A stretch of DNA of 63,973 nucleotides, filler included, from Vicugna vicugna (Eukaryota), in the NCBI GenBank assembly GCA_013265495.1. It is 85 parts of 85 records of this genome, joined end to end, with 100 filler letters (N's around TTAATTAATTAA, not from the genome) between each part and the next. Parts side by side here need not be neighbours in the genome. Positions count along the whole stretch, not along the records: positions 13,283 to 14,110 come from MU057828.1; positions 14,211 to 14,429 come from PNXW01001982.1; positions 14,530 to 15,369 come from MU057829.1; positions 15,470 to 16,215 come from MU057830.1; positions 16,316 to 16,859 come from PNXW01001987.1; positions 16,960 to 17,692 come from PNXW01001988.1; positions 17,793 to 18,268 come from PNXW01001989.1; positions 18,369 to 18,831 come from MU057831.1; 77 more parts are not named here. One strand, given 5' to 3'. Under the pieces are notes generated by a model, which saw only the letters and a list, made by a program, of their open reading frames with translations, searched no databases and was not told the DNA's origin. Both the position numbers and the translations under genes were made by a program. The first letter of the stretch is position 1. Every line of letters starts with the position of its first letter. Positions 13,183 to 25,737 of this stretch are shown piece by piece.

Positions 13183-14529
13183 NNNNNNNNNNNNNNNNNN
13201 NNNNNNNNNNNNNNNNNNNNNNNNNNTTAATTAATTAANNNNNNNNNNNNNNNNNNNNNNNNNNNNNNNNNNNNNNNNNNNNTCTACCACCCGCCCCATC
13301 ATCTTTTTCTTTTTGCTTTAGCTGCCACGTATCTTACAGGTGAATTTCTAGTCGGACTGTAACACTTGCCCTGACTCCATGGAATCCATTTTTATGACTT
13401 TATCTCCCCCTGGTTTCATTTAAGTATTGAATCTCCATTTTCTCTTCACTCTCAGTTTTGCCTTTTGTTGTTATGGTTGTTAAGCTGTGTTTAAAAAAAT
13501 TGTTTAATTTCTCTTTTAGCAAGAGGCTGAANNNNNNNNNNNNNNNNNNNNNNNNNNNNNNNNNNNNNNNNNNNNNNNNNNNNNNNNNNNNNNNNNNNNN
13601 NNNNNNNNNNNNNNNNNNNNNNNNNNNNNNNNNNNNNNNNNNNNNNNNNNNNNNNNNNNNNNNNNNNNNNNNNNNNNNNNNNNNNNNNNNNNNNNNNNNN
13701 NNNNNNNNNNNNNNNNNNNNNNNNNNNNNNNNNNNNNNNNNNNNNNNNNNNNNNNNNNNNNNNNNNNNNNNNNNNNNNNNNNNNNNNNNNNNNNNNNNNN
13801 NNNNNNNNNNNNNNNNNNNNNNNNNNNNNNNNNNNNNNNNNNNNNNNNNNNNNNNNNNNNNNNNNNNNNNNNNNNNNNNNNNNNNNNNNNNNNNNNNNNN
13901 NNNNNNNNNNNNNNNNNNNNNNNNNNNNNNNNNNNNNNNNNNNNNNNNNNNNNNNNNNNNNNNNNNNNNNNNNNNACAGCAGTGATGTGAACGTGCAAAG
14001 TGTTGTTCCAAGAGCTTTATATTCGTTTCTGCATTTAAAAATTAAAGACCTCCTGTGAGGAAGCTTTTTATGTTTTTAATGTATAATACATTTTATTTTG
14101 ATATTGATAGNNNNNNNNNNNNNNNNNNNNNNNNNNNNNNNNNNNNNNNNNNNNTTAATTAATTAANNNNNNNNNNNNNNNNNNNNNNNNNNNNNNNNNN
14201 NNNNNNNNNNATGTCATAGAACTAGACTTTTTCAGTACACATTTAAGCGTTAATCATTTCTAAGGGCCCAAGGATGTGATGGGCAATTCTGAGCCTCTCA
14301 CAAGGAGACCGGTGATTAGCACACATACCAGCAGGTGCACAGCAATCAGACTTACTCCAGATAAGTGATGTTGTGGGCAGTATGGTCTTTCTGTTACCTT
14401 CTAGGACCTTATTTCTTTTAGGCCTGACCNNNNNNNNNNNNNNNNNNNNNNNNNNNNNNNNNNNNNNNNNNNNTTAATTAATTAANNNNNNNNNNNNNNN
14501 NNNNNNNNNNNNNNNNNNNNNNNNNNNNN

Positions 14530-15369
14530 GATCCACTGAGGAAATACTTAGAGGACTTCTCCCTAAACGGAACAGATTTTCCTCCATTCATCTGGGTGCA
14601 GTGGGGCTGCACACTTCTCCCACAGCTAAGAATTTTTTCTGGAATTCTCAGTGCATGGAAGTTCCTCCAACTGACAGCAGCGCCTGTGTTCTAATTGAAT
14701 CCCTTTGGTTGTCTTCCCTGATGGAAAGCCTAGGCGGGAGTGCGGGGGAAAGTGTGGTTTGGGCTCCGATACCAAGTATTTGAGATGACCTCTTTATGGT
14801 TCGTGGAGGTGTTTAAACTTCATCCCTAACCTGGGAACACCTGTGCCCCCATAAAGATCCGTGGAGTCTGTTTCCACACCTCCAGCACACACACGAACAC
14901 TTGCACAGTTATCCTGAGAGTGGGCAGCCTCCTCCAACTGAGAGCAGGGCCTTGGTNNNNNNNNNNNNNNNNNNNNNNNNNNNNNNNNNNNNNNNNNNNN
15001 NNNNNNNNNNNNNNNNNNNNNNNNNNNNNNNNNNNNNNNNNNNNNNNNNNNNNNNNNNNNNNNNNNNNNNNNNNNNNNNNNNNNNNNNNNNNNNNNNNNN
15101 NNNNNNNNNNNNNNNNNNNNNNNNNNNNNNNNNNNNNNNCCCACCACCAGAACACACATGAAGAAGTTTTCTGCTATCCTGGGTGTGGGCTGGCAATTTC
15201 AGGTGACAGAAGCGGCTGGGTTCTAATAGAATCCCTTAGCTTGTAATCGCTCAGTGTTTCCCTAGGACTGAATCTGAGAGAAACCTGGGGGTGGGGCTTT
15301 GAGGCCAAATAATAGCGAGTGTCACCGATTGACTGAGGAAGTATTTAGATGAATTCTCCATAAAGGGAA
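14530..15369. repeat. Satellite D
   Basis: 'ccaactga' occurs at 14667 and 14934, a period of 267. Confidence 0.9.
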
Positions 15370-15469
15370 NNNNNNNNNNNNNNNNNNNNNNNNNNNNNNN
15401 NNNNNNNNNNNNNTTAATTAATTAANNNNNNNNNNNNNNNNNNNNNNNNNNNNNNNNNNNNNNNNNNNN

Positions 15470-16215
15470 TTAAAATTGCTCCACATTACACTAATGCTTC
15501 ATGAACAATAGTCTGTGAACATGTTAAAGTCTGAGAGAAGAATATGTATGAAAGAATACAATAACTACAATAACAAAGCATCTTAGGAACACACAGTGGG
15601 TTTTGATCTACAAATATATATAAGGGGAGGTACAAGCTTCAAATCAGTTTAAAAACAAATGGAATAAATTTCTAACGGGCACTAAGAAACATACTGAGAA
15701 AANNNNNNNNNNNNNNNNNNNNNNNNNNNNNNNNNNNNNNNNNNNNNNNNNNNNNNNNNNNNNNNNNNNNNNNNNNNNNNNNNNNNNNNNNNNNNNNNNN
15801 NNNNNNNNNNNNNNNNNNNNNNNNNNNNNNNNNNNNNNNNNNNNNNNNNNNNNNNNNNNNNNNNNNNNNNNNNNNNNNNNNNNNNNNNNNNNNNNNNNNN
15901 NNNNNNNNNNNNNNNNGAAACTAGAAAACACTAAGAAACCAGAGAAAGTGTTCCACCTGCAACCCGTTACCTTTGTGCTAGATGAACGAACGTCTCTCCA
16001 CATGCTCAGTTCTGAGAGATAAGTGCGTGAAAAAGCCGTTCTTGACCTAGCTTGTTGGGAAACAAAGATTCTTTTCAACAGCAAACCCCACAACATACAT
16101 AAATATGGGGAGGTACAAGCTCCAACACGGGTTTACAGTGAAAAGTGCAGGAAATTCCAACAGGAATAATGAAACAGACTAAGAAAGGAGAGTAAGTGTT
16201 TCTCCTGCAACCCGT
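15470..16215. repeat. Satellite B, reverse orientation, partly eroded
   Basis: 'gatgaacgaacgtctctccacatgctcagttctgagagataag' and 'ggggaggtacaagct'. Confidence 0.9.
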
Positions 16216-16480
16216 NNNNNNNNNNNNNNNNNNNNNNNNNNNNNNNNNNNNNNNNNNNNTTAATTAATTAANNNNNNNNNNNNNNNNNNNNNNNNNNNNN
16301 NNNNNNNNNNNNNNNCTGGAAGCCAGGGCGTCTCCTCACAGCTGTGCACAGAGCCTCCCCGGGAGCTGTGGGGAGGGCACGGCTGCTGTAACTGGAAGAG
16401 GTGGGTCTGCATGGAGAAGGGGGTGAGCAGGCAGCAGCCAAGAGGGCTGTGTGTGGAGGTGTTGTCTGAGGAGGGGGGTC

Positions 16481-16515
16481 AAGGAAGTGGACCCCAGGAA
16501 GTGACATCACTTCCT
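16481..16515. promoter_or_regulatory. Near-perfect 20-bp palindrome: two inverted ETS cores around a CRE-like octamer, plus an upstream GGAAGTG
   Basis: 16496-16515 is AGGAAGTGACATCACTTCCT. A G at 16506 would make it a perfect palindrome. 'aaggaagtgg' lies at 16481-16490. Confidence 0.4.
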
Positions 16516-17792
16516 TGATAGCAGACCCCAACAGAATTAGAACCCAGTAACCAGGCACCCACATTCTAGTGACAGCCCCTGCGCCAGCTCACTTGGCTGG
16601 AGACAGTTGAGAGAGAAACATGTTCTCCTTCTGTGTCCTGAACTCCTGGGCTTCACCTTCAAGAAAACCTGGCATGAGAGGTGTCTCACAGGTTGTAGGT
16701 TTTGGTTCAGCCAGAAGCAACCAGGTCTGGGCTTTAACCACGAGGTCACCTAAGGTAAAAAATGTGGACTGGAGCAGGCCTATCTGGGCCCAGCCTCCTC
16801 TGGGAGCCCCCCTGGGCAGGCCCACTTCCCCTCATCTCCTTGTGGGGGAAGGAGGACTTNNNNNNNNNNNNNNNNNNNNNNNNNNNNNNNNNNNNNNNNN
16901 NNNTTAATTAATTAANNNNNNNNNNNNNNNNNNNNNNNNNNNNNNNNNNNNNNNNNNNNTCTGGTGTATTGGCTGTGAAAATACAGAAATGAAGACATGT
17001 GAATACAGCTTTGTGTTCTGACAGTCGAAGCTGTTTCAGATTTTCTCTTAGTTTCCCAATGAAGAGTGTCTTTACTCTCTGTTCCTTAGATTTTTTTAGG
17101 CATAAAATAATGACTTTATTTCATGTTAGAGCTATCTAAAATTTAAATGAGATTTTCTTTCTAAAGTGTGACCCAGGTGGCTGTCTCCTTGAACTGATGA
17201 CACAGCTGACAATAATCATGGGAGGACAGTCAATCTGGAATAACGTACAAGAAGTGTTACTTCCGTGAGGACTAAGTCATGTGATCTTTGTGTGAGAACG
17301 GCCTACCCATCCAAGTCATTTTCCTGCATGCCCATCTCTAGAACAGGGGAGACTCTCTGTTTATTAAAGCTCTCCAGATAAGATGATCCAGCCAACAGTG
17401 TAAACGTACCTTCTGTTTAATAATTATGCTTAAATACCTTCTTTTTTATGTTTAACTTAAATCCTCATGTGCTATAGTTTCTGCTTATTAGCCCATCACT
17501 GGGGACTGACTGATCAGAGCCCTTTGAGAGATGGCTCTTCTTGGGACCGTGAACTAAGTTTTCCCACAACTTCCTGCAACTTTCTCCTCCTTTTATACAT
17601 GCATTTAAAAATCCATAACAGGAATTTGTTGAGTGCCTACTATGTGCTAGTCACTGTATTAAATGTTGTACATATGTGTGTGTGTGTGTGTGNNNNNNNN
17701 NNNNNNNNNNNNNNNNNNNNNNNNNNNNNNNNNNNNTTAATTAATTAANNNNNNNNNNNNNNNNNNNNNNNNNNNNNNNNNNNNNNNNNNNN

Positions 17793-18125
17793 CCTAAAAG
17801 AGAACTACCATATGATACATTAAAATCTCTCCTAGGATTAATCTGGGGACAAAACCCTAAATTGAGAAGAACCAACGTACACGACAGCACTCTTTATAAT
17901 ATGCAAGACAGGGAAGAAATCCAAGGGTCCACAGTAGACTATGGACTTAAGAAGATATGATGTTTTTATAAATATACAATGGAATATTACTCAGCCATGA
18001 AAATGTATAACACATTGCTATTTCAGCATCATGAAAGGACCTAGTAAATATTGTGCTTGGTGAAGTAACTTAGACAAAGACAAAAGTATATAATATAGTT
18101 TATATTTGGAATCTAAAGAATAACA
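17793..18125 (+). mobile_element. LINE-1 3' fragment
   Basis: 'agaactaccatatgat' and 'tacaatggaatattactcagccatgaaa'. Confidence 0.85.
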
Positions 18126-18159
18126 AATATCTATGTACATCTATCTATAGCTATCTATT

Positions 18160-18268
18160 CATAGATGACAGATAAATAGAAGGATAGATATATAGATACA
18201 TGATAGAGAGATACAAATGGATAGATAGATAGATAGATAGACAGACAGATTGACTGATTGATTGATTG
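18160..18268. repeat. Compound (GATA)/(GACA)/(GATT) microsatellite
   Basis: 'atagatagatagatagatagacagacagattgactgattgattgattg'. Confidence 0.9.
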
Positions 18269-18368
18269 NNNNNNNNNNNNNNNNNNNNNNNNNNNNNNNN
18301 NNNNNNNNNNNNTTAATTAATTAANNNNNNNNNNNNNNNNNNNNNNNNNNNNNNNNNNNNNNNNNNNN

Positions 18369-18831
18369 CCCTCCTATTCAACATAGCCCTGGAAGTCCTA
18401 CCTACAGCACTGAAGCAAGAGAAAGAAATAAATGAATCCAGATTGGAAATGAAGTGATAAAAGGGTCATTATATGCTAATGACATGTTTCTATATATAGA
18501 AAACCCTAAAAGGTCCACACAAAAGCTACTAGATTTGATTGAAGAATTCAGGAAGGCAGCTGGTTACAAAATTAACTTTCAAAAATCAGTTGCNNNNNNN
18601 NNNNNNNNNNNNNNNNNNNNNNNNNNNNNNNNNNNNNNNNNNNNNNNNNNNNNNNNNNNNNNNNNNNNNNNNNNNNNNNNNNNNNNNNNNNNNNNNNNNN
18701 NNNNNNNNNNNNNNNNNNNNNNNNNNNNNNNNNNNNNNNNNNNNNNNNNNNNNNNNNNNNNNNNNNNNNNNNNNNNNNNGAAATGGATTCCATGCTCCTG
18801 GATTGGAAGAATCAATATTGTTAAACTGGTC
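18369..18831 (+). mobile_element. LINE-1 ORF2 reverse-transcriptase fragment
   Basis: PLLFNIALEVL, 'SLYANDMFLYIENPK' (the FADD box region) and 'IPCSWIGRINIVK'. Confidence 0.95.
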
Positions 18832-18931
18832 NNNNNNNNNNNNNNNNNNNNNNNNNNNNNNNNNNNNNNNNNNNNTTAATTAATTAANNNNNNNNNNNNN
18901 NNNNNNNNNNNNNNNNNNNNNNNNNNNNNNN

Positions 18932-19762
18932 AGAATTCTGAATATAGAATTTAGAATATAGAATGTAGAACACATAGAATAGATTATGGAAAACAGAATA
19001 CAAAACTCAGAATTGAGAACATGGAATGCAGAACACAGAATTTAGAATATAGAAAACAGAATACTGAATATAGAATTTAGAATATAGAATGTAGAACAGA
19101 GAATATAGAATATAGAATAGGAAATGCAGAATATAGAATATAGAATATAGAATGAAGAATGCTAAATTTAGAATATAAAAGAGAGAATATAGAAATCAGA
19201 ATTTAAACATGGAATATAGAACTCATAATTACGACTATAGAAAACAGAATACTGAATATAGAATTTAGAATATAGAATGTAGAACAGAGAATATAGAATA
19301 TAGAATAGGAAATGCAGAATATAGAATATAGAATATAGAATGAAGAATGCTAAATTTAGAATATAAAAGAGAGAATATAGAAATCAGAATTTAAACATGG
19401 AATATAGAACTCATAATTACGACTATAGAAAACAGAATACTGAATATAGAATTTAGAATATAGAATGTAGAACACAGAATATAGAATATAGAATGTAGAA
19501 CACAGAATTTATAACATGGAATGCATAACACAGAATTTAGAATATAGAATACAGGATACTGGATATAGAATTTAGAATACAGAATGTCGAACACAAAATT
19601 TAAAGAATATAGAATACGGAATGCAGAATATAGAATTTAGAATACAGAATGAAGAACACAGTATATTGAATTTAGAATAAATAGTATAGACCCCAGAATT
19701 TAGAACATAGAATGCAAAAAACAGAATTTAGAATATATAATACAATTTCTGAAAATTCAATT
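18932..19762. repeat. Satellite E with a 188-bp higher-order unit
   Basis: 'agaaaacagaatactgaatatag' occurs at 19051, 19239 and 19427. Confidence 0.95.
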
Positions 19763-20434
19763 NNNNNNNNNNNNNNNNNNNNNNNNNNNNNNNNNNNNNN
19801 NNNNNNTTAATTAATTAANNNNNNNNNNNNNNNNNNNNNNNNNNNNNNNNNNNNNNNNNNNNCTTAGGAACCTCTCGTTGGAGGCAGACCCTCCCCAAAC
19901 ACTGACATGATGCAGCCGCCATTGGGGATGGCAGGTACCGGTTGGATTCCAGGTGGAATGTTGGTGTGTACCGCGAGGCTTGTTGTGGCTGTTGGATCCT
20001 AGGTAACCGGGCAGAGTTCTGTGGGTGGATCAGTGAGATGGAGGGGCTGCCGCCCTCTGTGGAGATTGCCTTTTGTCTTTGGTCCGGGAAGCTGTGTCAG
20101 TTCGAGATAATGCTGCTGCCCAAATACCTGAGTTCACGGGGCAGTTTCCAGAACCTGAAAGGGCAGACAGTGGAAGATCTGCCTGTCATCAGCTTACTGG
20201 TGANNNNNNNNNNNNNNCTTTCTGACTAGTCCTGGTGAAGTCGACTTTATGTGAGACATGAAGAGAAGCTGGCCGAAAAGCTGGCTGCTCCGATTGAGGA
20301 GAGATGCGAACACATTGATGAGAGATGTTCTGCTNNNNNNNNNNNNNNNNNNNNNNNNNNNNNNNNNNNNNNNNNNNNTTAATTAATTAANNNNNNNNNN
20401 NNNNNNNNNNNNNNNNNNNNNNNNNNNNNNNNNN

Positions 20435-20790
20435 GGACTTAGTTGGGGGACATTAAGGAATAGAATTGTAGTACTGACGTGGGTGAGGAAGTGGAAAAGT
20501 AAAGGAAAACTCCCAGATGTATGTCACGGAAAACAGATGGGATAGTGATGCCATTGTTTGAAGAAATAAACCTAGTTCTGATCGAGTATAAATCCAAACA
20601 TACAGAGCTTGAGATTTTTATGGACTAATCAAGTGGGAATGTCTACTTGTCAATTATAAGTATATTTCTGGGACTGAAATGAAATGTCCTTGCTGGAAAA
20701 GATTTGACAGATAATCAGTGGACAGAGAGAAGTTGAAGCAACGGGAATAAATGCCACCCACTGACATTTTTATCAAAGAAAAGGGAAGAG
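20435..20790 (-). mobile_element. L2 LINE fragment
   Basis: 'gatagtgatgccattgtttgaa' and 'tgagatttttatggactaatcaagtgggaatgtc' resemble L2. Confidence 0.5.
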
Positions 20791-21078
20791 GNNNNNNNNN
20801 NNNNNNNNNNNNNNNNNNNNNNNNNNNNNNNNNNNNNNNNNNNNNNNNNNNNNNNNNNNNNNNNNNNNNNNNNNNNNNNNNNNNCCGCTTTTCTTGTTTT
20901 TTTTATTTTTTTTTATTTTACAGGCACCTTTACTGTGGTATGATTCCTGTATAGTAAATTACACATATTTCACATGTCNNNNNNNNNNNNNNNNNNNNNN
21001 NNNNNNNNNNNNNNNNNNNNNNTTAATTAATTAANNNNNNNNNNNNNNNNNNNNNNNNNNNNNNNNNNNNNNNNNNNN

Positions 21079-21831
21079 GAATGCTAGGGGTGATTGCAGG
21101 ATATCCCAGTGACCGATTCTGCCGCCCCAAAGTCAGGGAAGTTATTTCTCGACTCCCCCGAACTGGGAATTCCTGTGACTGAAGAGAGCTCCGTGGAGCT
21201 GTCTCTCGAGCTCCCCCACTCAGTGAGAATGTTTCCGGAATCCTGAGCGTGGGGCGGTTCCACCAACTGTCGGCAGCGCGTGGGCTCTAAGGGAATGCCT
21301 GTGCTCATCTCCCCTGAGGGTTTTCCTAATATCTCTGTGCCAGGGAATGCTAGGGGTGATTGCAGGATATCCCAGTGACCGATTCTGCCGCCCCAAAGTC
21401 AGGGAAGTTATTTCTCGGTCTTCCACGAGAAGGGAACACCTGTGACTGAATAGAGCTCCGTGGAGCTGTCTCTCGAGCTCCCCCACTCAATGAAAATTTT
21501 TCCGGAATCTTGAGGTTTGGGAGGTTCCACCAATGGACGGCAGAGCGTGGGTTCTAAGGGAATGCCTGTGCTCATCTCCCCTGAGGGTTTTCCTCATGTC
21601 TCTGTGCCTGGGAATGCTAGTGGGGGTTGCAGGAAATCCCAGTGACAGAGGCTGCCTCCCCAAGGTCAAGGAAGGTATTTCTCGGACTTCCCCGAGCAGG
21701 GAACACCTGTGAATGAAGAGAGCTGCGTGGAGAAGCGTGGAGTTGTCTCTCGAGATCCCCGACTCACTGACAATGGTTCCGGATAACTGAGCGTGGGGAG
21801 GTTCCACCAAAGCTCGGCAGCGCGTGGGTTC
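21079..21831. repeat. Satellite A
   Basis: About 2.8 monomers. 'aatgctaggggtgattgcagg' occurs at 21080 and 21346. Confidence 0.95.
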
Positions 21832-21931
21832 NNNNNNNNNNNNNNNNNNNNNNNNNNNNNNNNNNNNNNNNNNNNTTAATTAATTAANNNNNNNNNNNNN
21901 NNNNNNNNNNNNNNNNNNNNNNNNNNNNNNN

Positions 21932-22399
21932 GATAGGAAGAAGCTACGAAGTCAAAGTAAATATGTCAGAGTGCATTGGTAATCCTTTTGGTGGTTGAAA
22001 CATTAGTCATGCGCATATTCACAACTCAGAAATGCATGTTTGAGGAATCCGTGATGCATGAAACATGTTCGTAATACAGAATGTCATGGTTATGTAAACA
22101 ACGCAAATTACATGTGTATTGGTGAGAATTCGCTCAAAGAGTGTTTTCTGGTGCCANNNNNNNNNNNNNNNNNNNNNNCTGGTGATAGGAAAAACTATGA
22201 AGTCCGAGTAAATATTTCTAAGCCTATATACGCCTTGTTTGGTGGATGAAAGGTCAGTAATCCACATGCTCACAAGCCAGAAACGTATGATTGCCGAATC
22301 CGTCATGCATGTATCATGTACCAAACCCGTAATGCCATGTTGTTGGAAATCATATAAATTACACGTCTGTTAGGTGGAAATCGCTCCAGAACTATTTTT
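21932..22399. repeat. Satellite C
   Basis: Matches 28580-29060. Confidence 0.93.
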
Positions 22400-22499
22400 N
22401 NNNNNNNNNNNNNNNNNNNNNNNNNNNNNNNNNNNNNNNNNNNTTAATTAATTAANNNNNNNNNNNNNNNNNNNNNNNNNNNNNNNNNNNNNNNNNNNN

Positions 22500-23277
22500 A
22501 CAACTCCACGAAGCTCTCTTCAGTCACAGGTGTTCCCTGTTCGACGAAGCCCGAGAAATAACTTCCCTGAACTTGGGAGGCAGACTCTGACACTGGGATA
22601 TCCTGCAAACATCCCTATCATTCCCTGGCACAGAGACATTTGTAAAATCCTCAGGGGAGACGAGATTAGGCATTCCGTTAGAACCCACGTGCTGCCGACC
22701 GTTGGTGGAACCTCCCCACGCTCAGGATTCCGGAACCATTGTCAGTGCGTGGGGGATCTCGAGACACAACTNNNNNNNNNNNNNNNNNNNNNNNNNNNNN
22801 NNNNNNNNNNNNNNNNNNNNNNNNNNNNNNNNNNNNNNNNNNNNNNNNNNNNNNNNNNNNNNNNNNNNNNNNNNNNNNNNNNNNNNNNNNNNNNNNNNNN
22901 NNNNNNNNNNNNNNNNNNNNNNNNNNNNNNNNNNNNNNNNNNNNNNNNNNNNNNNNNNNNNNNNNNNNNNNNNNNNNNNNNNNNNNNNNNNNNNNNNNNN
23001 NNNNNNNNNNNNNNNNNNNNNNNNNNNNNNNNNNNNNNNNNNNNNNNNNNNNNNNNNNNNNNNNNNNNNNNNNNNNNNNAAACTTCCCTTACCTTGGGGA
23101 GGCAGCCTCTGACACTGGGATATCCTGCAATCACCCCTAACATTCCCTGGCACAGAGACATTAGGAAAACCCTCAGGGGAGACGAGCTTAGGCATTCCGT
23201 TTGAACCCACGTGCTGCCGACTGTTGGAGGATCCTCCAAATGCTCAGGATTCCGGAACCATTGTCAGTGCGTGGGGG
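22500..23277. repeat. Satellite A (opposite orientation)
   Basis: 'cattccctggcacagagacatt' and 'ggaacctccccacgctcaggattccggaaccattgtcagtgcgtgg'. Confidence 0.95.
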
Positions 23278-23377
23278 NNNNNNNNNNNNNNNNNNNNNNN
23301 NNNNNNNNNNNNNNNNNNNNNTTAATTAATTAANNNNNNNNNNNNNNNNNNNNNNNNNNNNNNNNNNNNNNNNNNNN

Positions 23378-24048
23378 AATTCTGTGTTCTGCATTCCATG
23401 TTCTCAATTCTGGGTTTGTGTTATATTTTCCATATTCTATATTCTGTGTTCTATATTCTATCATCTGTATTCTATATTTTGCATTCCGTATTCTATATTC
23501 TATATTCTGTGTTCTACATTGTATATTCTAAATCCTATATTAAGTATTCCGTATTCTATATTCTAAATTCTGTGTTCTACATGGTATATTCATATTCTAT
23601 AATCAGTATTCAATTCTATAGTCAGTATTCGGTATTCTATATTCTAAATTCTCTGTTCTGCATTCCATGTTCTTAATTTTGTGTTCAATATTCTGTATTT
23701 TATATTCTATATTCTGTTTTCTACATTCTATATTCTAAATTCTATATTCAGTATTCAATGCTCTATATTCTATATTCTGTGTTCTACACTCTATATTCTG
23801 TATTGAATATCCTGCATTCGGTATTCTACATTCCATATTCTGTGTTCTACATTCTATATTCTAAATTCGATATTCAATATTCGGTATTCTATATTCTAAA
23901 TTCTGTCTTCTAAATTCCATTTTCTTTATTCTGGGTTCTATATTCTCTATTCTATATTCTATATTCTGTGTACTACATTCTATTTTCTAAATTCTATATT
24001 CAGTTTCTGTATTCTATATTCTATATTCTGTGTTCTGAATTCCATGTT
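23378..24048. repeat. Satellite E (ATATTCT strand)
   Basis: Reverse-complement heptamer array. Confidence 0.95.
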
Positions 24049-24148
24049 NNNNNNNNNNNNNNNNNNNNNNNNNNNNNNNNNNNNNNNNNNNNTTAATTAA
24101 TTAANNNNNNNNNNNNNNNNNNNNNNNNNNNNNNNNNNNNNNNNNNNN

Positions 24149-24947
24149 AAGAGACATTAGGAACAAACCCGGGGGAGACGAGCTTAGGCATTCTGTTAGA
24201 ACCCACGCGATGTCGACATTTGGTGGAACCTCCCGTTGCTCAGGATTCCGGAATTATTGTCAGTGCGTGGGGAGCTCGAGAGACAATTCCACGCAGCTCT
24301 CTTCAGTCACAGGTGTTCCCTGAACGGGGAAGTCCTGGAAATACCTTCCCTGACCTTGGGGAGGCAGCCTCTGACCCTGGGAATTCCTGCAAANNNNNNN
24401 NNNNNNNNNNNNNNNNNNNNNNNNNNNNNNNNNNNNNNNNNNNNNNNNNNNNNNNNNNNNNNNNNNNNNNNNNNNNNNNNNNNNNNNNNNNNNNNNNNNN
24501 NNNNNNNNNNNNNNNNNNNNGGAGCTCGAGAGACAACTCCACGCAGCTCTCTTCAGTCACAGGTGTTCCCTGTTAGGGGGAATTCTGAGAAATACCTTCC
24601 CTGAACTTGGGGTGGCATCCTCTGTCACTGGGATTGCCTACAAACCCCCCTAGCATTCCCTGGAACAGAGACATTAGTAAAAAACCCAGGGGAGACGAGC
24701 TTAGGCATTCCGTTAGAACTCACGCGCTGCTGACCTTTGGTGGAACCTCACCACGCTCAGGATTCCGGAACTTTTGTCAGTGCGTGGGGAGCTCGAGGGA
24801 CAACTCCACGCAGCTCTCTTCTGTCACAGGTGTTCCTTGAACGGGGAAGTCCGAGAAATAACTTCCCTGACCTTGGGGAGGCAGCCTCTGTTCCTGGGAT
24901 TGCCTGAAAATCCCCCTAGCATTCCCTGGCACAGAGACATTAGGAAA
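24149..24947. repeat. Satellite A
   Basis: Same monomer motifs as 22500-23277. Confidence 0.95.
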
Positions 24948-25047
24948 NNNNNNNNNNNNNNNNNNNNNNNNNNNNNNNNNNNNNNNNNNNNTTAATTAAT
25001 TAANNNNNNNNNNNNNNNNNNNNNNNNNNNNNNNNNNNNNNNNNNNN

Positions 25048-25496
25048 TAATTTTATTGAATTATAGTCAGTTTACAATGTTGTGTCAATTTCAAGTGTAG
25101 CACACAATTTTTCAGTTTTCCTTGAATATACACATATTCATTGCCACATTCTTTTTCACCGTGAGCTACCACAAGATCTTGTATATATTTCCCTGTGCTG
25201 TACAGTATAATCTTACTTATCTATTCTGTATATACCTGTCAGTATCGACAAATTTCAAACTCCCAGGCTGTCCCTTCCCACCCCCCCGTCCTGTGGCAAC
25301 CTCAACTTTGTATTCTATGTCTATGAGTCTGCTTCTGTTTTGTACTTTTCTCTTGTCTCCCTCTCTTTCTTTCTCTCTTTCTTTCTTTCTTCTTCTTCTT
25401 TTTTCTTTTTTGTTTAGATTCCACATATGAGCGATCTCATATTATATTTTCCTTTCTTTTTCTGGCTTACTTCGTTTAGAATGACATTCTCCAAGG
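25048..25496 (-). mobile_element. LINE-1 3' end (relatively young)
   Basis: 'ttttattgaattatagtcagtttacaatgttgtg' and 'ttagattccacatatgagcgatctcat...ctggcttacttc...agaatgacattctc'. Confidence 0.9.
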
Positions 25497-25661
25497 ACAT
25501 AGGATCCATTATTTTTTAATTTTAGATATTCATTTTTGTTTTTAAGTATTATATTTTACCATCATTGGAATCAAGCACCTAACATAAGATGATAGTTTCT
25601 TTCTTTAACCAAAATCCCAGCATCTGGAAAAATTTTTAAATGGTTATGGGTAATTTGTTTT

Positions 25662-25737
25662 AAAAAATATTGCTATTTGCAGCAACATGGATGCTCCTAG
25701 AGAATGTCATTCTAAGTGAAGTAAGCCAGAAAGAGAA
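25662..25737 (+). mobile_element. Short LINE-1 fragment inverted relative to the preceding L1
   Basis: 'gctatttgcagcaacatggatg...tagagaatgtcattctaagtgaagtaagccagaaagagaa'. Confidence 0.85.

Noticed and set aside
19863..20334. Possible coding or pseudogene fragment, with a 27-nt ag|...|gt segment on the minus strand at ~20128-20154
   Set aside because: Weak donor (gtattt), stops in all frames and no recognisable protein.
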